The notes under the pieces were generated by a model that did no database searches, was not told where the DNA came from, and saw nothing but the letters and a program-made list of their open reading frames with translations. This document shows positions 24,697-37,517 of a stretch of 64,000 bases of DNA, in pieces. Source of the stretch: Isurus oxyrinchus. Its lineage: Eukaryota. Position numbers and translations under genes: made by a program. The DNA lies in the NCBI GenBank assembly GCA_026770705.1, contig JANJGN010000013.1, positions 97,216,001 through 97,280,000 on the forward strand, given 5' to 3'. Numbering within the stretch: position 1 is the stretch's first letter; the number at the start of each line of letters is the position of its first letter.

Positions 24697-25589
24697 TTTG
24701 GGAAATCATCTGATTTGCTGTTTGTGTCTTGGATCTCTGTATGGTTTGGCTGCCTTAGCAACCATGACTATGCTTCAAAAAGCTATTCGCTTATGTGAAG
24801 TGCTTTGGGATGTGATAAACTTCTATATAAATGCCAGGAGATCAGGGCAACAGGATCTTAGTTTCCATGGTGTTGCCCTGATCTTCTGCCCTTAACATTG
24901 TTGGGAGATGGATGGAACCCTCCTTGAAACACCATTAACAGCCATTTTTAACCATTATACCATTTATCCAATATTCCACTACAGTATGCTCACAGAAATT
25001 CCAGGAGAAGCTTTTACCTTCTCAATATTATACAGTGAAATGTGATAATTTTGAGGATGATGCAGTTACATTAGGTGGGACTGGACAGTGACAGGAACAA
25101 TGTGATATACAGGAAAATATGCGCAGGCCTTGGCCAAATGCTAATTAAGTGTCACCTGAAGATATCTGGGTCATGCACTTAGAGGGAGCGGAATCCTTGA
25201 GATTGCCTGAATATGATAGAACTTGTAGAATATAGAACAGTAAGGGACATGGAGGGACTGCATAAATACTGAGTTAATGATTGCAAAATTAGGCTCCATA
25301 TATTTTTGTTATATGATTTTGTTTTGGGGCTAAAATGGCATTCAGGCCACACATGCATGCACCCTCTCTCTCTTCTGGTGCAATTTGCACTGGACACCAG
25401 TTGGTGAGAACACAAGCATGAACATTATGAGCACATGCTGGAAGTATACAGAGTTAGCAAATTGTGACATCAGTCAGTGTGTAGATCTGATTTAATGCCA
25501 GCAGTACAATTTGTGCTGCGCTAGCTAATTCACTCTCTTAAACACACATGCTGAAAATGTGTTCAGCAGCAGGAAGGTCCACTCACCAG

Positions 25590-25960
25590 TGCTCTTTAAA
25601 AGGCTATCTGCTGACCATCTGGCTCATGACTCCGATGTGCAACTTGGCCAGCGTGCATATGATGAGAGCCATGCTGCCACACAGAACATCATTGAGCAGA
25701 CCATTGGATTGCAAAAGCGATGCTTCTGCTGTCTGAACTGCTCTGGGGGAGTCCTGCAGTATTCATTGGACTGGATATCATGGTTCTTTGTGGTCTGTTG
25801 TGTCCTACATTACCTAACCATGGTGAGGGCATAGACCCTGCCCTGCCAGCAAGGATACATTGGGCAGCTGAGGAGGAGGAGAAGGAAGAAAGAAGCATGA
25901 AGAGGAAGAGGAGGAGGAACAGAAGGAATGGGGGAGACAACTAACCCCTTTCCATCCAGT
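25590..25960 (+). pseudogene. PIF/Harbinger transposase (HARBI1-like DDE nuclease) C-terminal remnant
   Basis: KGYLLTIWLMTP, frameshifted to YDESHAATQNIIEQTIGLQKRCFCCLNCSGGVLQYS...VVCCVLHYL, followed by an acidic tail. Typical Harbinger transposase C-terminus. Confidence 0.75.
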
Positions 25961-26671
25961 ATGTCTGTGATTGCATCATCCAACTGCAGTCCAAAGAAGA
26001 CAAGCCACTGTATCCAGGACTTTGGGGCTACACTGCTGGCATTGCCCAAGATGGCTATCTACTCTCACTGCCTTTTCAGTGTCTGCTGGAGGGCCTCTTT
26101 GCCCCTTGTGGATAGGTGACCTCTCTCCTCCTGTCCATCTCCAGCACCAAGGTCTCTAGTATAGCACCTGAGAACATTAGAGCCTTCATTCTGTCCTGTT
26201 GCACTATTAACCACTCTTCTTGAGGTCAGACTCTCTTCCCCAGCCACTTCCCTGCTGCAGCCTTTTAGTAGTACAGGATTTAGTGGTGCCAGTCTCTCCC
26301 AAAATTGGGCCCCCTGCTGAGGAGTGCAGCTTCTCAACATGACATTTAGCACTGAGCTGCACATGGCTATTATTTAAATTAGCATTCAACAAATGTTTGC
26401 ATGCTGCCTGCATTGCTAGGTATGGGCACAGGTTCATCACACAGCATAACTCATGCTTTTGGGACTTATCCAATTAAAAACTTCCTCTTTGCCTTGCAAT
26501 TTAGTTTTATTTAGTAACTAAGGCAGGTATAAATAGATTCATTTTCTGTTGTGGAAAACAATATTTAATGTAAGCTTTACTAAATAAACCATGGAATCAG
26601 TAATGGCCTGCTAGATTCCAGTGTTCAGTAAATGCATCCTGTTTAATTGGAACATCTCATTTATTGTACCT

Positions 26672-27055
26672 CTCCTTCTTCTTAGGCAGTCCTTCGGGAT
26701 CAAGGATGACTTGCTTCAACTCCAGTTCAATGGGTCCTGAGATGGCTGATAAGTCCAATGTGCAATCTGCAGACTCTGGCCCATGTGGGGCAGATGGCAC
26801 TTGGAGGATTGGCTATAAGTTTATTGGAGGTTTGTGCATTCCCTCTGACACCTTGACTTCACCGTTGTGTGCTCCCGACGACGTCTCCCAATGTGAATGG
26901 TGCCTTCCCAAATGGACCTTCTCCTTCCCAAATGGACCTTCTCCTTCCTAAATGGACCTTCTCCTTCCTAAATGAACCTTCTTCATTAGTCAGGGATTCC
27001 CATGAGTTGGCGGGGATATTTAACTGCTTCCGGGATACTTTGAGGACATCCCTAA
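26672..27055 (-). mobile_element. RTE-clade LINE 3' fragment
   Basis: CTTCTTCTTAGGCAGTCCTTCGGGATCAAGGATGACTTGCTTC resembles RTE 3' ends. Minus-strand FRDVLKVSRKQLNIPANSWESLT resembles the RTE ORF C-terminus. Confidence 0.65.
26903..26983. repeat. 20-bp tandem repeat, about 4 copies
   Basis: Unit CCTTCCYAAATGGACCTTCT, seen directly. Confidence 0.9.
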
Positions 27056-27121
27056 ATTGTAATATAAAAGCAAAATACTGCAGATGGCGGAAATCTGAAA
27101 TAAAAACAGAAAGTGCTGGAA

Positions 27122-28127
27122 ATAGTGCTATTTTCACTGGACTAGTATTCCAAAGACCCAGGGTAATGCCCTGGGGACCTGGGTTCAAATCCCGCCACGG
27201 CAGATGGTGAAATTTGAATTCAGTAAAAATATTTGGAATTAAAAGTCTGATGATGACAATGGGCAGCATTTTCCACCCCGTTGGTGAGAGAGGGGGGTTG
27301 TGTGGGAGCGGGCGCGAGCAGGCGGGTTCCCGATTGGCGCCTGCAGTCGGGGGTGCAGTGCCATTTTACATGGGTGGGCCAATTAAAGCTCGCCCAGCGT
27401 GATGTCCGCCCGGAAGCGCTATGTGCTTCCTGCGCGGGCCTGGGTGGGGGTTGGATTTCCTGAGCCAGGAGTGTGCTCTTTCGCACATGTGAAAGTTCAA
27501 AAGTTCATCAAAGGCTGAAAAAAATATTCCTGAGATATCCCCTCATGTGCCACTGTCACGTGAGCTGGGACATGTCAATTTCTTTTATTTAAACATTTTA
27601 CACAAATTTTAATACCCTCATGAAACCTCATCCTGCCCGTGGATGAGGTTTCATGGTTATTTGGAAGGCCGCCTGGGCTCTTTGCCTGCCCACCAACCTT
27701 TACGTTGGACGGACAGGTCCATTAAGCATTTTAATTATTTTTTTAATGGCCTTAATAGACCTTGACAGTTTGGCGGGCACGCAGCCGATTCGGCTGTGTG
27801 CCCATCGAACTGAAAATCTAAATGACGCACATCCGACGTCACCCTGTGACATTTTATGCACCGGTGAGCGGCCCCCACCTCCCCCCCCCCCCCTCCCCCG
27901 CTGGCCGACCAGAAGAATCTGTGCCGATTGTTACAAAAACCCATCTGGTTCGCTAATGTCCGTTAGGGAAGAAAATCGGCCGTTCTTATCTGGTCTGGCC
28001 TACATGTGACTCCAGACCCACTGCAATATGGTTGACTCTTAATTGCCCTCTGAACTAGGGCAATTAGTGATGGGCAATAAATCCTGGCCTAGCCAGCGAT
28101 GCCCACCTCCCATGAATGAATAAAAAC
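27122..28127 (+). mobile_element. HE1-type tRNA-derived SINE split by a GC-rich MITE (~27261-27926)
   Basis: tRNA-like head with B box GGGTTCAAATCCC (27181). The body resumes at GATTGTTACAAAAACCCATCTGG (~27926) and ends in the HER1-shared tail. The insert begins GGGCAGCATTTTCC. Confidence 0.75.
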
Positions 28128-29184
28128 AAACTCAGCAGGTCTGACAGCATCTGTGGAGAGAGAAACAGAGTTAATGTTTCTAGTCCATATGACCCTTCTT
28201 CAAGAGCTGAAATTGTTGCTGTTGTTCTCCTGGGAGTCTCCTGCTGTGACCAAACAGTTGCTTCAGGGTTCTGGTGTCAGACATGCGAACAATATGTTCT
28301 GCTCAGCGGAGCTGGTTTTAAGTGATTAGTTCCTCGATGTTGGCTTGGGAGAGGATGCTGCTGTTGGACTGTCTTTCTTCCCGCTGGATTTAGAGGAGCT
28401 TGCAAAGGCAACACTGGTAGTAGTTCTCCAGTGGTGTGAGGTGCGTGACCTGGGTTTGAGATCCTGGTCCTCAAATACTCTTTTTCTCAGCCAGCCAAAG
28501 GCTGAGCTGTCACCTTATAGTACTTCTCACAGTAGTTACAGATCAATAGACTTGTTTTCTGGGAAATCATGGGCGAAATCTTACCAGTGGAGGTGAGCTT
28601 GTAGTAGAGTGTTGGGTCCAATGATACATTTCCACTTCTGGGTGGATCATCAACAACAGCCAATTAGGGATGAATGTGGAGGATGGGGAGGGCTCCGCTG
28701 GGTGGAGGTGGGATCCTGGTGGCAGGTTGTAGGGTGGGGGTGGGGGGGGGAGCATGGTTGGCAATCAGAGCTGGAGGCTCCATGCCCCAAACATGGAACC
28801 GCAGGTAGGAAAGGCTGTACCTGCAGCCCAAATGCTTCTTCTGGAAGGATTTCCCCTCTGCTCTGAAGGACCTAACAGCTTCAGACCTTATCAATTTTGA
28901 TTTAGATACACATTTTCGAGGGCATCTCATTGCTGAAGTGTCCCTGCACTGCCCTTGCTGCCTGAGCAGCTCCCACCTCTCCCTGGGAAGCTGCCAGCCT
29001 CCCAGGCTCTCTGACTGGACCAGCAGCCTCAGGAGCCCATCTGCCATTTTTAATTGAATGGGTCTCAAAGAGGCGGCTTATTAATTGGTCCTTGACTGAA
29101 GAATATTTTCAAAGGGGGTAAGATTCTACTCCATAGTCCTTTCAGCTGTCACATTCTGGTCTTGAAAACTCCAATCTCAAATTT

Positions 29185-29833
29185 GGCCGAGTGTGGCATC
29201 AAGGAACCTCTTAAAATTGAAGAAAATGGAAATCGGGGTGGAAACTCTCTAGTTACTGAGCTCAAACTTTGCATAAAGGAAGTGGTTGTTGAAAGTCAAT
29301 CATCTCTGCCCCAAAACGTTACTGTAAGAGTTCCTCAGTATAGTGCCCTGGACCCAACCATCTTCAGCTGTTTATCAAGACCTGCCCCCCATCATAACGT
29401 CAGAAGTGGGGCTATTCACTGATGATTGCACAGTGTTCAGTTCATTCGTAACTATTCACATACTGAAGCAGTCCATGCTCACAAACAGCAAACCCTGGGA
29501 GTGGATTTTAGGGGGGACAGATTACCCAGGCTACCCAGATTATGGTTCACAATGCCTCTGAGGATCAGCAAACTACAGGTCATCCAGAAGTTGGGCCGTT
29601 CCCACAAAAATTGTGGTGGGAGGGGGTGGTGGGTTGAGATGCTAACCCCCGAAATGCAGCCAGCCAGTTCGGGAATACAGAGCGCGGGCTCACTAACCAC
29701 ACCCTTATCCCGCGTCAACAAAAATTTCTGGCACTGGGAATGGGGCGGGAATCTCAGAATTGGGTCACATTTGCCATTTTCAAATCTCCCCTGTCTCTGT
29801 TCCAACACAGATGGAGGCATGAAAATCTGGGCC
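29185..29833 (+). mobile_element. HER1-type LINE RT fragment followed by a Harbinger-type MITE (~29497-29833)
   Basis: VPQYSALDPTIFSC and EVGLFTDDCTVF RT motifs. MITE ends are GGGAGTGGATTTT...AAAATCTGGGCC. Confidence 0.6.
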
Positions 29834-30152
29834 GAGTGTTTCAGATTCAGTGTTAGTTCTTATCGAGTTTCTGATCCTATTTCATTCTAATTTTACTATA
29901 AAATCAAGCTACTTGTTAAATCTGACTTTTCTGATCAAAATATTCACGTGCACAATCTATAAATGCTGAAATAAAATAAAAAAGCAATTGTTTCTCTGAC
30001 TTTTCTCGAAATCCCATTTTAATGTTCAAATATTTTGTGGACAAACCCTTGTGTTAATCAATATTGTCATGTTGCCTGATATATGTTATATTTGCTGGAA
30101 TAGATGTACTTTAATACTAACTGCTGACAGATTCCTTAATAATTGATAACAC

Positions 30153-30813
30153 GGGGAAAGAATTTTAGCAAGGGTAAGGTCATGGGATTAGTTGTGAGTA
30201 GGAGTTAAATGACCAAAAAAATGGAAGTGTGTCAGGAAGTTGGGTTCCAACCCATTGACTTCTGGCTTTAACACAGACAGGAAAGGGGTTTGGGGGTGGG
30301 GTGGGGTCTGGTAGTGGGTGGGTGGGGGGCAGCCATCCAGCTCTCACAAGGCAGGTTTGCATTTTAAATACTTAGTCTTGGATTTAACCTGCTTTGTGGC
30401 TTTAACTGTGGCTGACTGAGTTTTCCAGGCCTCCGGAAGCATGGCAGCTGCAGCAAGGCGTGGACAGGCACCCTGCCACCCAAGATCAGATCCCATCCCT
30501 GGGTCAGGGATCGGACATTACCCCCCATGGGATCAGACACATTCTCCGTGGATTTATACCTCTCTGGGATTACTGGTCAGAGCCACTTTGGGATCGGACC
30601 CTTTGGGGTCAGGGTGAGCCTCTTCTCCAGCGTTCCCTACGTGATTGAAAGCCAAGCCTCTCAAATAAAGCTCACTTTCTGGGAGGGAACCTGTCAATTA
30701 TGCTAGATGCACAAAGTGGAGTTAAAACTACATACTGTGTTGGGGAACCCCAACTTCAGTGTTTCCCACACGTCCCAGGGCTTCCTCACTGGTTAAACGT
30801 AAAATTCCCTCCT
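30153..30813. mobile_element. Harbinger-type MITE
   Basis: Degenerate TIRs GGGGAAAGAATTTTA...TAAAATTCCCTCC. Confidence 0.45.
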
Positions 30814-32562
30814 ATATTTCTAAAGATAAATGAAGGTGGAAATCGGCATGTATTTTGTGTGTATGAGGATGGAGATTATAGTTTTGAGCTTCTGGATGAG
30901 TTTTACATGTCAGGAATGCATTGGGAATTCAGCCTAGAAGTCAATTGATCAGAATATTCCATGGAACTCTCAACTCCCAAGTCCAGAGGAGTTGATTTCA
31001 ATGGCAAATCAGCTATGGAAAGAGAAAAGAAGAGGGAAAGAAAGATTAGATTAAGAGAGAGGGAAAGGGTATAGAATAAGAAAAGCATTTTTAAAATTTA
31101 AAATTTGACATTTCAAAATCTCTTAAAACAATTCACAACCTGAAGGCATGAAATTTCACACTTACAGTAATTAATTATGGTGCCAGAACGGTTGACTGGC
31201 AACATTGTTAAATGTGTTCTTACACTTACCCTAAATATCTGTGGCATTACTAGTTCATATCTAACATGCAAATGCACCAACTACATAATATTCAATATTT
31301 AATGGTGAGGCAGAAGCTAATGACAAAGTAATGTAACTTGGACAACATCTTTTGGATATTGGCAATTGACCATGATTCTGGCCCTGGTCTGAAGTTGGTA
31401 TAAGATTTGTGCACAAATATCAGCAAATGCCATTAACCTCAGTATTATTTTGACAGCAAAATCTGGTTCAATGATGGGTGAAGCACTTTCTCAGGGCTGC
31501 AAATTCGTTAAATCCATCCAACTGTAGCTCTGTTCCATATTATTTTACTTTATGCATTTCAGTGATGAGAGTGTTATGTGCTACAATGAAAGTCAGAGTA
31601 TCCAAGCCTGCCCTCACAATCCAGCTTTCAAAGCTGAGGTACCTCAATACTGTTTTGCTTGTGCTTTACATTTGCTAGTTTTCTGTTATTTGACTTTTGT
31701 CAGCTTGGTGTTTTGGAAAGGGTTGTCTTTGTACTGTTGCCTAATTGGCAGACAAAGCCAATATGTGCTACTCAAAGCTCCATGATATGTATGTATGGCC
31801 CATGGAGACAAAAGCTTTGCCATGCTGGTGCCTATGATGTTGTTTTATTAACAGACTTTGAGTGATGTCTTAATAACCACCTTCATCATTTGGTACATTT
31901 ATATTTATGCCATGGTATCTGCATTTTTGGCAGGAAATTTAAATATGCAGTTCTGATTAACTACCCAATGCAAAAAATCAGACTCTAGGTGGCAGTTCTT
32001 CTGGTGCACTCTCTGGTAAGCTATCCTTGCAACAAATACAGACATTGTTCATTCAGTAATCCACCCTCCTATATGTTCTGTTTAATCAGGCACATTATAT
32101 GGTACAGCAGGCTGGAGGGACTGAATGGGCTACTCTTAATCTACTTTTTCATATTGCATTAAAGGTCAAATAGGTGATTTTCATATATGTATAAATGTTG
32201 TTCCACAGATAGCAGAATTTTTAAAAATTAAGGCATAAATTTTGCACATACTTTCCAAGTTGGCTTCATGGTTGTAGCACTTGGGTATCTTTGAGTGGTT
32301 AAAGTGAAATCAAAATTGAAAATGGAAGTGGGAAATAGCATTTGGGACTGCTGATCATCTCTTTCTCCCTAGCAATCTGATCTAATTATTTCCATAGAAC
32401 AACAGAAATTTACAGCACATACTAAGTTAGTTCAGCCCAGTGTGTCTGTGCCATTTCTTTACTAGCAATGCAAACTAGTTCCTCTCCTTCAAATATCCAT
32501 CCAATTTTCCTTGAAGAGATGCAATGGTCTCTGATTGAGCCATTCACTGTGGCAAAGCATTT

Positions 32563-33868
32563 CACAGAATCACAGAATCACACAGGGCAGAAGAGGCCCT
32601 TCAGCCCATCGAGTCTGCACCAACATGTGAGAAACACCTGACCTATCTACCTAATCCCATTTACCAGCACTTGGCCCATAGCCTTTAATGTTATGACATG
32701 CCAAGTGCTCTTCCAGGTACTTTTTAAAGGATGTGAGGCAACCTGCCTCCACCACCCTCCCAGGCAGTGCATTCCAGGTCATCACCACCCTCTGGGTAAA
32801 AAGTTTTTCCTCACATCCCCCCTAAACCTCCTGCCCCTCACCTTGAACTTATGTCCCCTTCAACTAAGGGGAACAGCTGCTCCCTATCCACTCTGTTCGT
32901 GCCCCTCATTATCTTGTACACCTCGATCAGGTCGCCCATCAGTCTTCTCTGCTCCAACGAAAACAACCCAAGTCTATCCAACCTCTCTTCATAACTTAAA
33001 TGTTTCATCCCAGGCAACATCCTGGTGAATCTCCTCTGCACCCCCTCCAGTGCAATCACATCCTTCCCATAATGTGGCCACCAGAACTGCACACAGTACT
33101 CCAGCTGTGGTCTCACCAAGGTTCTATATAACTCCAACATGACCTCCCATCAAGGGCAAAATTCAGCCCAAAGACTGAAACTGCACACTAATGGAAAGAC
33201 ACTGAAGGATGTGAGAGGCAGGAAAAGAGATAGTGAAGGAACAGAGGCATCTAAGGGTTCAAATACATCATTTCCTGAAAGTGAGAATATAGGTAGATAA
33301 AACTGTAAAAACAAATGGCCAACAGCATTTTCAGTTTTAATAATTAGGAATATAGAATACAAGAGTAAGAAAAAAATGATAAATCTGTACAAATCATTGG
33401 TTAGTTAGAGTACACTTTGCAGTTTTAGGCACTACTGTTATAGAAGGGACATCAAACCATTGACAATTTAGAGTGCAAACTCACCAAGATGCTGTCAGGG
33501 ATGGGAAGTTATGATCATGCCAAGTGATTTTAGAAATTGGGATTATTCTCATTGGAAGAGCAAAAGCTAGGAGGACATTTAATCAGGCTTTTTAAAATTA
33601 GAATAAATTTTCATAGATTGATTAGGGAAAGTCTATTTCTTCTGGTTTGAAAGTCAATATTGAGCGGCCATTAATTGAAGTGTATATCCATGACTCGATT
33701 GATAAAGGCAAGTGTCCCATATGCCTTTTTCACCAACCCACTAATATGCCCCTCTGCCTTCAGAGATCTATGGACACACACGCCAAGGTCCCTTTGTTCC
33801 TCAGAACTTCCAAGTGTCATGCCATTCATTGAATACTTTCTTGTCAAATAACCTCTTCCAAAGTGTAT
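32563..33868 (-). mobile_element. Young CR1 3' fragment interrupted by ~530 bp containing an older, oppositely oriented CR1 piece
   Basis: MLELYRTLVRPQLEYCVQFWWPHYGKDVIALEGVQRRFTRMLPG (32838-33140) with a (CACAGAAT)n tail at 32563. The element resumes at ~33685. Confidence 0.75.
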
Positions 33869-33879
33869 ATGGATAACAA

Positions 33880-35520
33880 TGAAGGGAACTTACTTCATAC
33901 ATAGAGATGCCAGTCTTCAGTCAATTCAATTCACAGCATGTAATGTCAAGAAACACCTGAAGGCACTGGATAGTTCAAAGGCTATGTGCCCTGACAATAT
34001 TCCGGCAATAGTACTGAAGACGTGTGTTCAAGAACTTGCTGTGCCCCTGGCTAATCTGTTCCTATACAGCTACAACACTGGCATCTACCTGGTTATGTGC
34101 AAAATTGCCCAGGTATGTCCTGTACACAAAAAGCAGGACAAATCTAACCCGGCCAACTATTGCCCCATCAGTCTATTCTCCATCATCAGTAAAGTAATGG
34201 AAGGGGTCATCAACAGTGCTATCAATGGCACTTGCTTAGCAATAACCTGCTCACTGATGCCCAGTTTGGGTTCTACCAGGGCCACTCAGCTCCTGACCTC
34301 ATTACAGCCTTGGTTCAAACATGGACAAAAGAGCTGAACTCCAGAGGTGAAGTGAGAGTGACTGCCCTTGAATCGAGGCTGCATTTGACCAAATGTGTCA
34401 TCAAAGAGCCTGGGCAAAATGGAGTCAATGGGGATCAGGGGGAAAACTCTCCGCTGGTTGGGGTCATACCTAGCACAAAGGAAAATGGTTGTGGTTGTTG
34501 GAGATCAATCATTTCAGCTCTAGGACGTCACTGCAGGAGTTCCTCAGGGTAGTATCCTCGGCCCAACTATCTTCAGCTGCTTCATCAATGACGTTCATTA
34601 CATCATAAGGTCAGAAGTGGGTATGTTACCTGATGATTGCACAATGTTCAGCACCATTTACGACTCCTCAGATAATAAAGCAGTCCATGTGCAAATGTAG
34701 CAATACCTGTACAATCTCCAGGCTTGAACTAACAAGTGGCAAGTAACATTTTCACCACACAAGTGCCAGGCAATGACAACCTCCAACATGAGAGAATCTA
34801 ACCATCACCCCTTGATGTTCAATGGCATTACCATCACTGCATCCCCCACTGTCAACACCCTGGGAGTTACCATTGACCAGAAATTGAGCTGGACTAGCCA
34901 TACAAATACTGTGGCTATAAGATCAGGTCAGAGGCTATTGATCCTGCATTGAGTAACTCACTTCCTGACTCCCCAAAGCCTGTCCACAATCTACAAGGCA
35001 TAAGTCAGGAGCGTGATGGAGTACTCCTCACTTGCCTGGATGAGTGCAGCTCCCACAACACTCAAGAAGCTTGACACCATCCAGGACAAAGCAGCCCGCT
35101 TGATTGACACCACATCCATAAACATTCACTCCCTCCATCGCCAACACTCATTAGCAGCAGTGTGTGCCATCTGCAAGATGCTCTGTAGAAATTCACCAAG
35201 GATCCTTAGATGCACCTTCCAAACCCATGACCACTACCATCTAGAAAGACAAGGGCAGCAGATACATGGGAAAACCACCACCTGGAAGTTCCCCTCCAAG
35301 TTACGCACCATCCTGACTTGAAAATATAATGCCATTCCTACACTATCACTGGGTCAAAATCCTGGAACTCCCTCCATAACAGCACTGTGGGTGTACGCCA
35401 CAGGGACTGCAGCAGTTCAAGAAGGCAGCTCACCATCACCTTCTCAAGGGCAACTAGGGATTGGCAATAAATGCTGGCCCAGCCAGTGAAGCCCACATCC
35501 AGTGAATGAATAAAAAAATA
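33880..35520 (+). mobile_element. HER1-type LINE, 5'-truncated (RT plus tail)
   Basis: PDNIPAIVLKTC, PVHKKQDKSNPANYCPISL, QFGFYQGHSAPDLITALV, GVPQGSILGP and EYSSLAWMSAAPTTLKKLDTIQDKAARLI, then the tail ending GAATGAATAAAAAAA. Confidence 0.9.
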
Positions 35521-35750
35521 GTTTTGATATTACTTGCCCTTTCGATAACAGTATTTTTATTTCTCACCATCTCTTCGTTTCTTTCTCCTCTGTTACTATT
35601 TGTTCCTTCAGCCAAGCTTTCAGCTTCTATTCCCCTTTTATTAATCATCCACTCCCCCTCCTCGAGCTCAAATCTAGACTTTCCCCATTCCTAGTGATAT
35701 TAGTTTAATTTCTCCACCCCTGATCTATTTACCTTCTCTGTAAGGACAAA

Positions 35751-36510
35751 GGGCTGGATGTTACAGTCCCCACACTTCCATATTTGAAGTTGCAATGGCT
35801 CATTAAATGCAGCACATGGCCTACGGCTGCCTTCCCATCCGCTCCCGACCTGTCCCCATTTTACAGGGAGTAGTGCAGGCATCAGATGGCTATCCCACCC
35901 TTGGGTCTATTGAGGCCCTTAACTGACCAATTAATGGTCACTTAAAGGCCTCAGCTCACCCCTCCTGCTATTTTACCATGGTAGGAGGAGGCCCATGACA
36001 AACGGGTAGCCTGGCAGCTTTTACTGGGTGACCTGGTATCTGGCAAGGGGGAGAACATTCTTTGAAGATCCCCTGCATCCATCAGGGGCACCCCCCACCA
36101 AGGTCATAACCCTGTCCTCTTTAACCCTCCTCCCTTGGTCTCCCAAAAGCAGTGTCCAACCCCCTTGCAGGGGTCTGCCAGCCAGACTCCATCGATACAC
36201 TAGATTTAAGTGAAGTCTGGCCTCCATTAGCTAGTCTTCTTTGGAGATTGCCTGTAGTCCCAGCAGTGGCCACCGCTTGAACCTGGAGCTGGTGGGAATC
36301 ACAGAGCTGCCGGCCAACCGGATTGGCCAGCCGCTCTCTAAGGTGGGATGTCCTCCCCAGATGGGGGCAGTAGTCTCGCTCTGAGCCAATTAATGTCCCT
36401 CCGAGCGTAAAGCAGCTGTGGGGCAGCCGACATTTTGGTAGGTGGGCTCCTGACCAATTTTTTAGTTGAGGTGAGGGGCAGGGGATGCAGCGTTCCATAA
36501 AACCCAGATC
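35751..36510. mobile_element. Harbinger-type MITE related to 13941-14631
   Basis: Ends GGGCTGGATGTTA...CATAAAACCCAG, and shares internal words (CCCCATTTTA, ATTGAGGCCCTTAA) with the 13941 copy. Confidence 0.65.
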
Positions 36511-36935
36511 AATTTCCCTTTGGGGAAACCTTCCCTTGCTTCCCTGCTCATTCTAGTACCCAAAATCCCTGTTCTTCGGAGGTTCATTCCAATCTTGCAG
36601 ATATGATCAAATTTATAAAGAATGATATATCTTCTCAATATTGTAGCCTTGTGAAGGGATCAGAGGATTATTTGTTGCACATTCTTTCTGTCCACATTAT
36701 AATAAGCTCTATAAAAATTATGCTTCAAACAATAAAAAGTCAGACCCTCTGCGGAAGGCCAAAAGAAAGCCTCTCACAGGTAAAGGATCAAAGCACTTAC
36801 CACAGTCCCTGACAAAAGTTATTCAGAGTGTGAAATACCTCACAACTTCATTACAGAGTTTATGAGAAAAAAAATCTAGGCTTTAGAAGCTCGCTGATTC
36901 TTTAAATTCTGGTAAATCTGTCAGCATGTTTTATC

Positions 36936-36970
36936 CCATTTCCTTCCACTGTTTCCTTTTGGGCAATTAA
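36936..36970 (+). promoter_or_regulatory. Putative vwf core promoter: tandem ETS sites plus an AATTAA TATA-like element
   Basis: CCATTTCCTTCCACTGTTTCCTTTTGGGCAATTAA, ~260 nt upstream of the exon 1 donor. Closely resembles the human VWF proximal promoter as I recall it; needs alignment. Confidence 0.65.
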
Positions 36971-36994
36971 CACTGCACAGATTCTATTGAGTCT

Positions 36995-37232
36995 GAAACT
37001 GTGATCCTACTAACGGATGTAACGTGCAAAGATTTTTTTCGCCCCCCCTTCGATGTTGATTATTCCACAGTTCCTGCCTTGTATAAATTGGACTGTTTTT
37101 CTAAGAAGGCACTTAACAGGTCTTGGAGCTCGTCCTCCTGAAGTTCAGAGCATGTTGATTTAACATTGTTTTGAAGTCAGTATCGTTTTGGACCTTGTCT
37201 GTCTCCCCAAATCGTGCTCAACAGGAGCCAAG
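36995..37232 (+). other. vwf: vwf non-coding exon 1 (start approximate)
   Basis: Donor AAG|GTAACT at 37232/37233. The ATG is the first codon after the next acceptor, as in mammalian VWF. Confidence 0.55.
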
Positions 37233-37465
37233 GTAACTACTTCTTGTCTCTCAGTCCTGTGCAGGACAGCAGGCAGCGTTCAATGAGGGGATATTTAAAC
37301 ATGACTCAAGACAGCAACATTGAAGAAATAGAACAGACGAGCAAGTCAAAAAGGAAATGAATGAGATTACTTGTTAGAGTACTTTATTTTTGTAGGCTGG
37401 GAGAGAAATGGAAATCACAATGATTTTAACGGAGCTTTGTTAATTGTCTTTCTCTCATCATACAG

Positions 37466-37517
37466 ATGGTGTTTCTGTCTCTGCTTCTTGTCTTCACTTT
37501 GATGTCCCATTCTCAAG
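37466..37517 (+). CDS. vwf: von Willebrand factor exon 2 (signal peptide)
   Basis: tacag|ATG...CAAG|gtactg; MVFLSLLLVFTLMSHSQ; 52 nt, phase 1. Confidence 0.85.

Noticed and set aside
26903-26983. CRISPR-like repeat array
   Set aside because: Contiguous tandem units without spacers, in eukaryotic DNA inside an RTE fragment.
27261-27926. CpG island or promoter
   Set aside because: The GC/CpG-rich stretch is a MITE inserted into an HE1-type SINE.
37082-37087. TATAAA as the vwf TATA box
   Set aside because: Possible, but the ETS-ETS-AATTAA block at 36936-36970 fits better. Kept only as an alternative.
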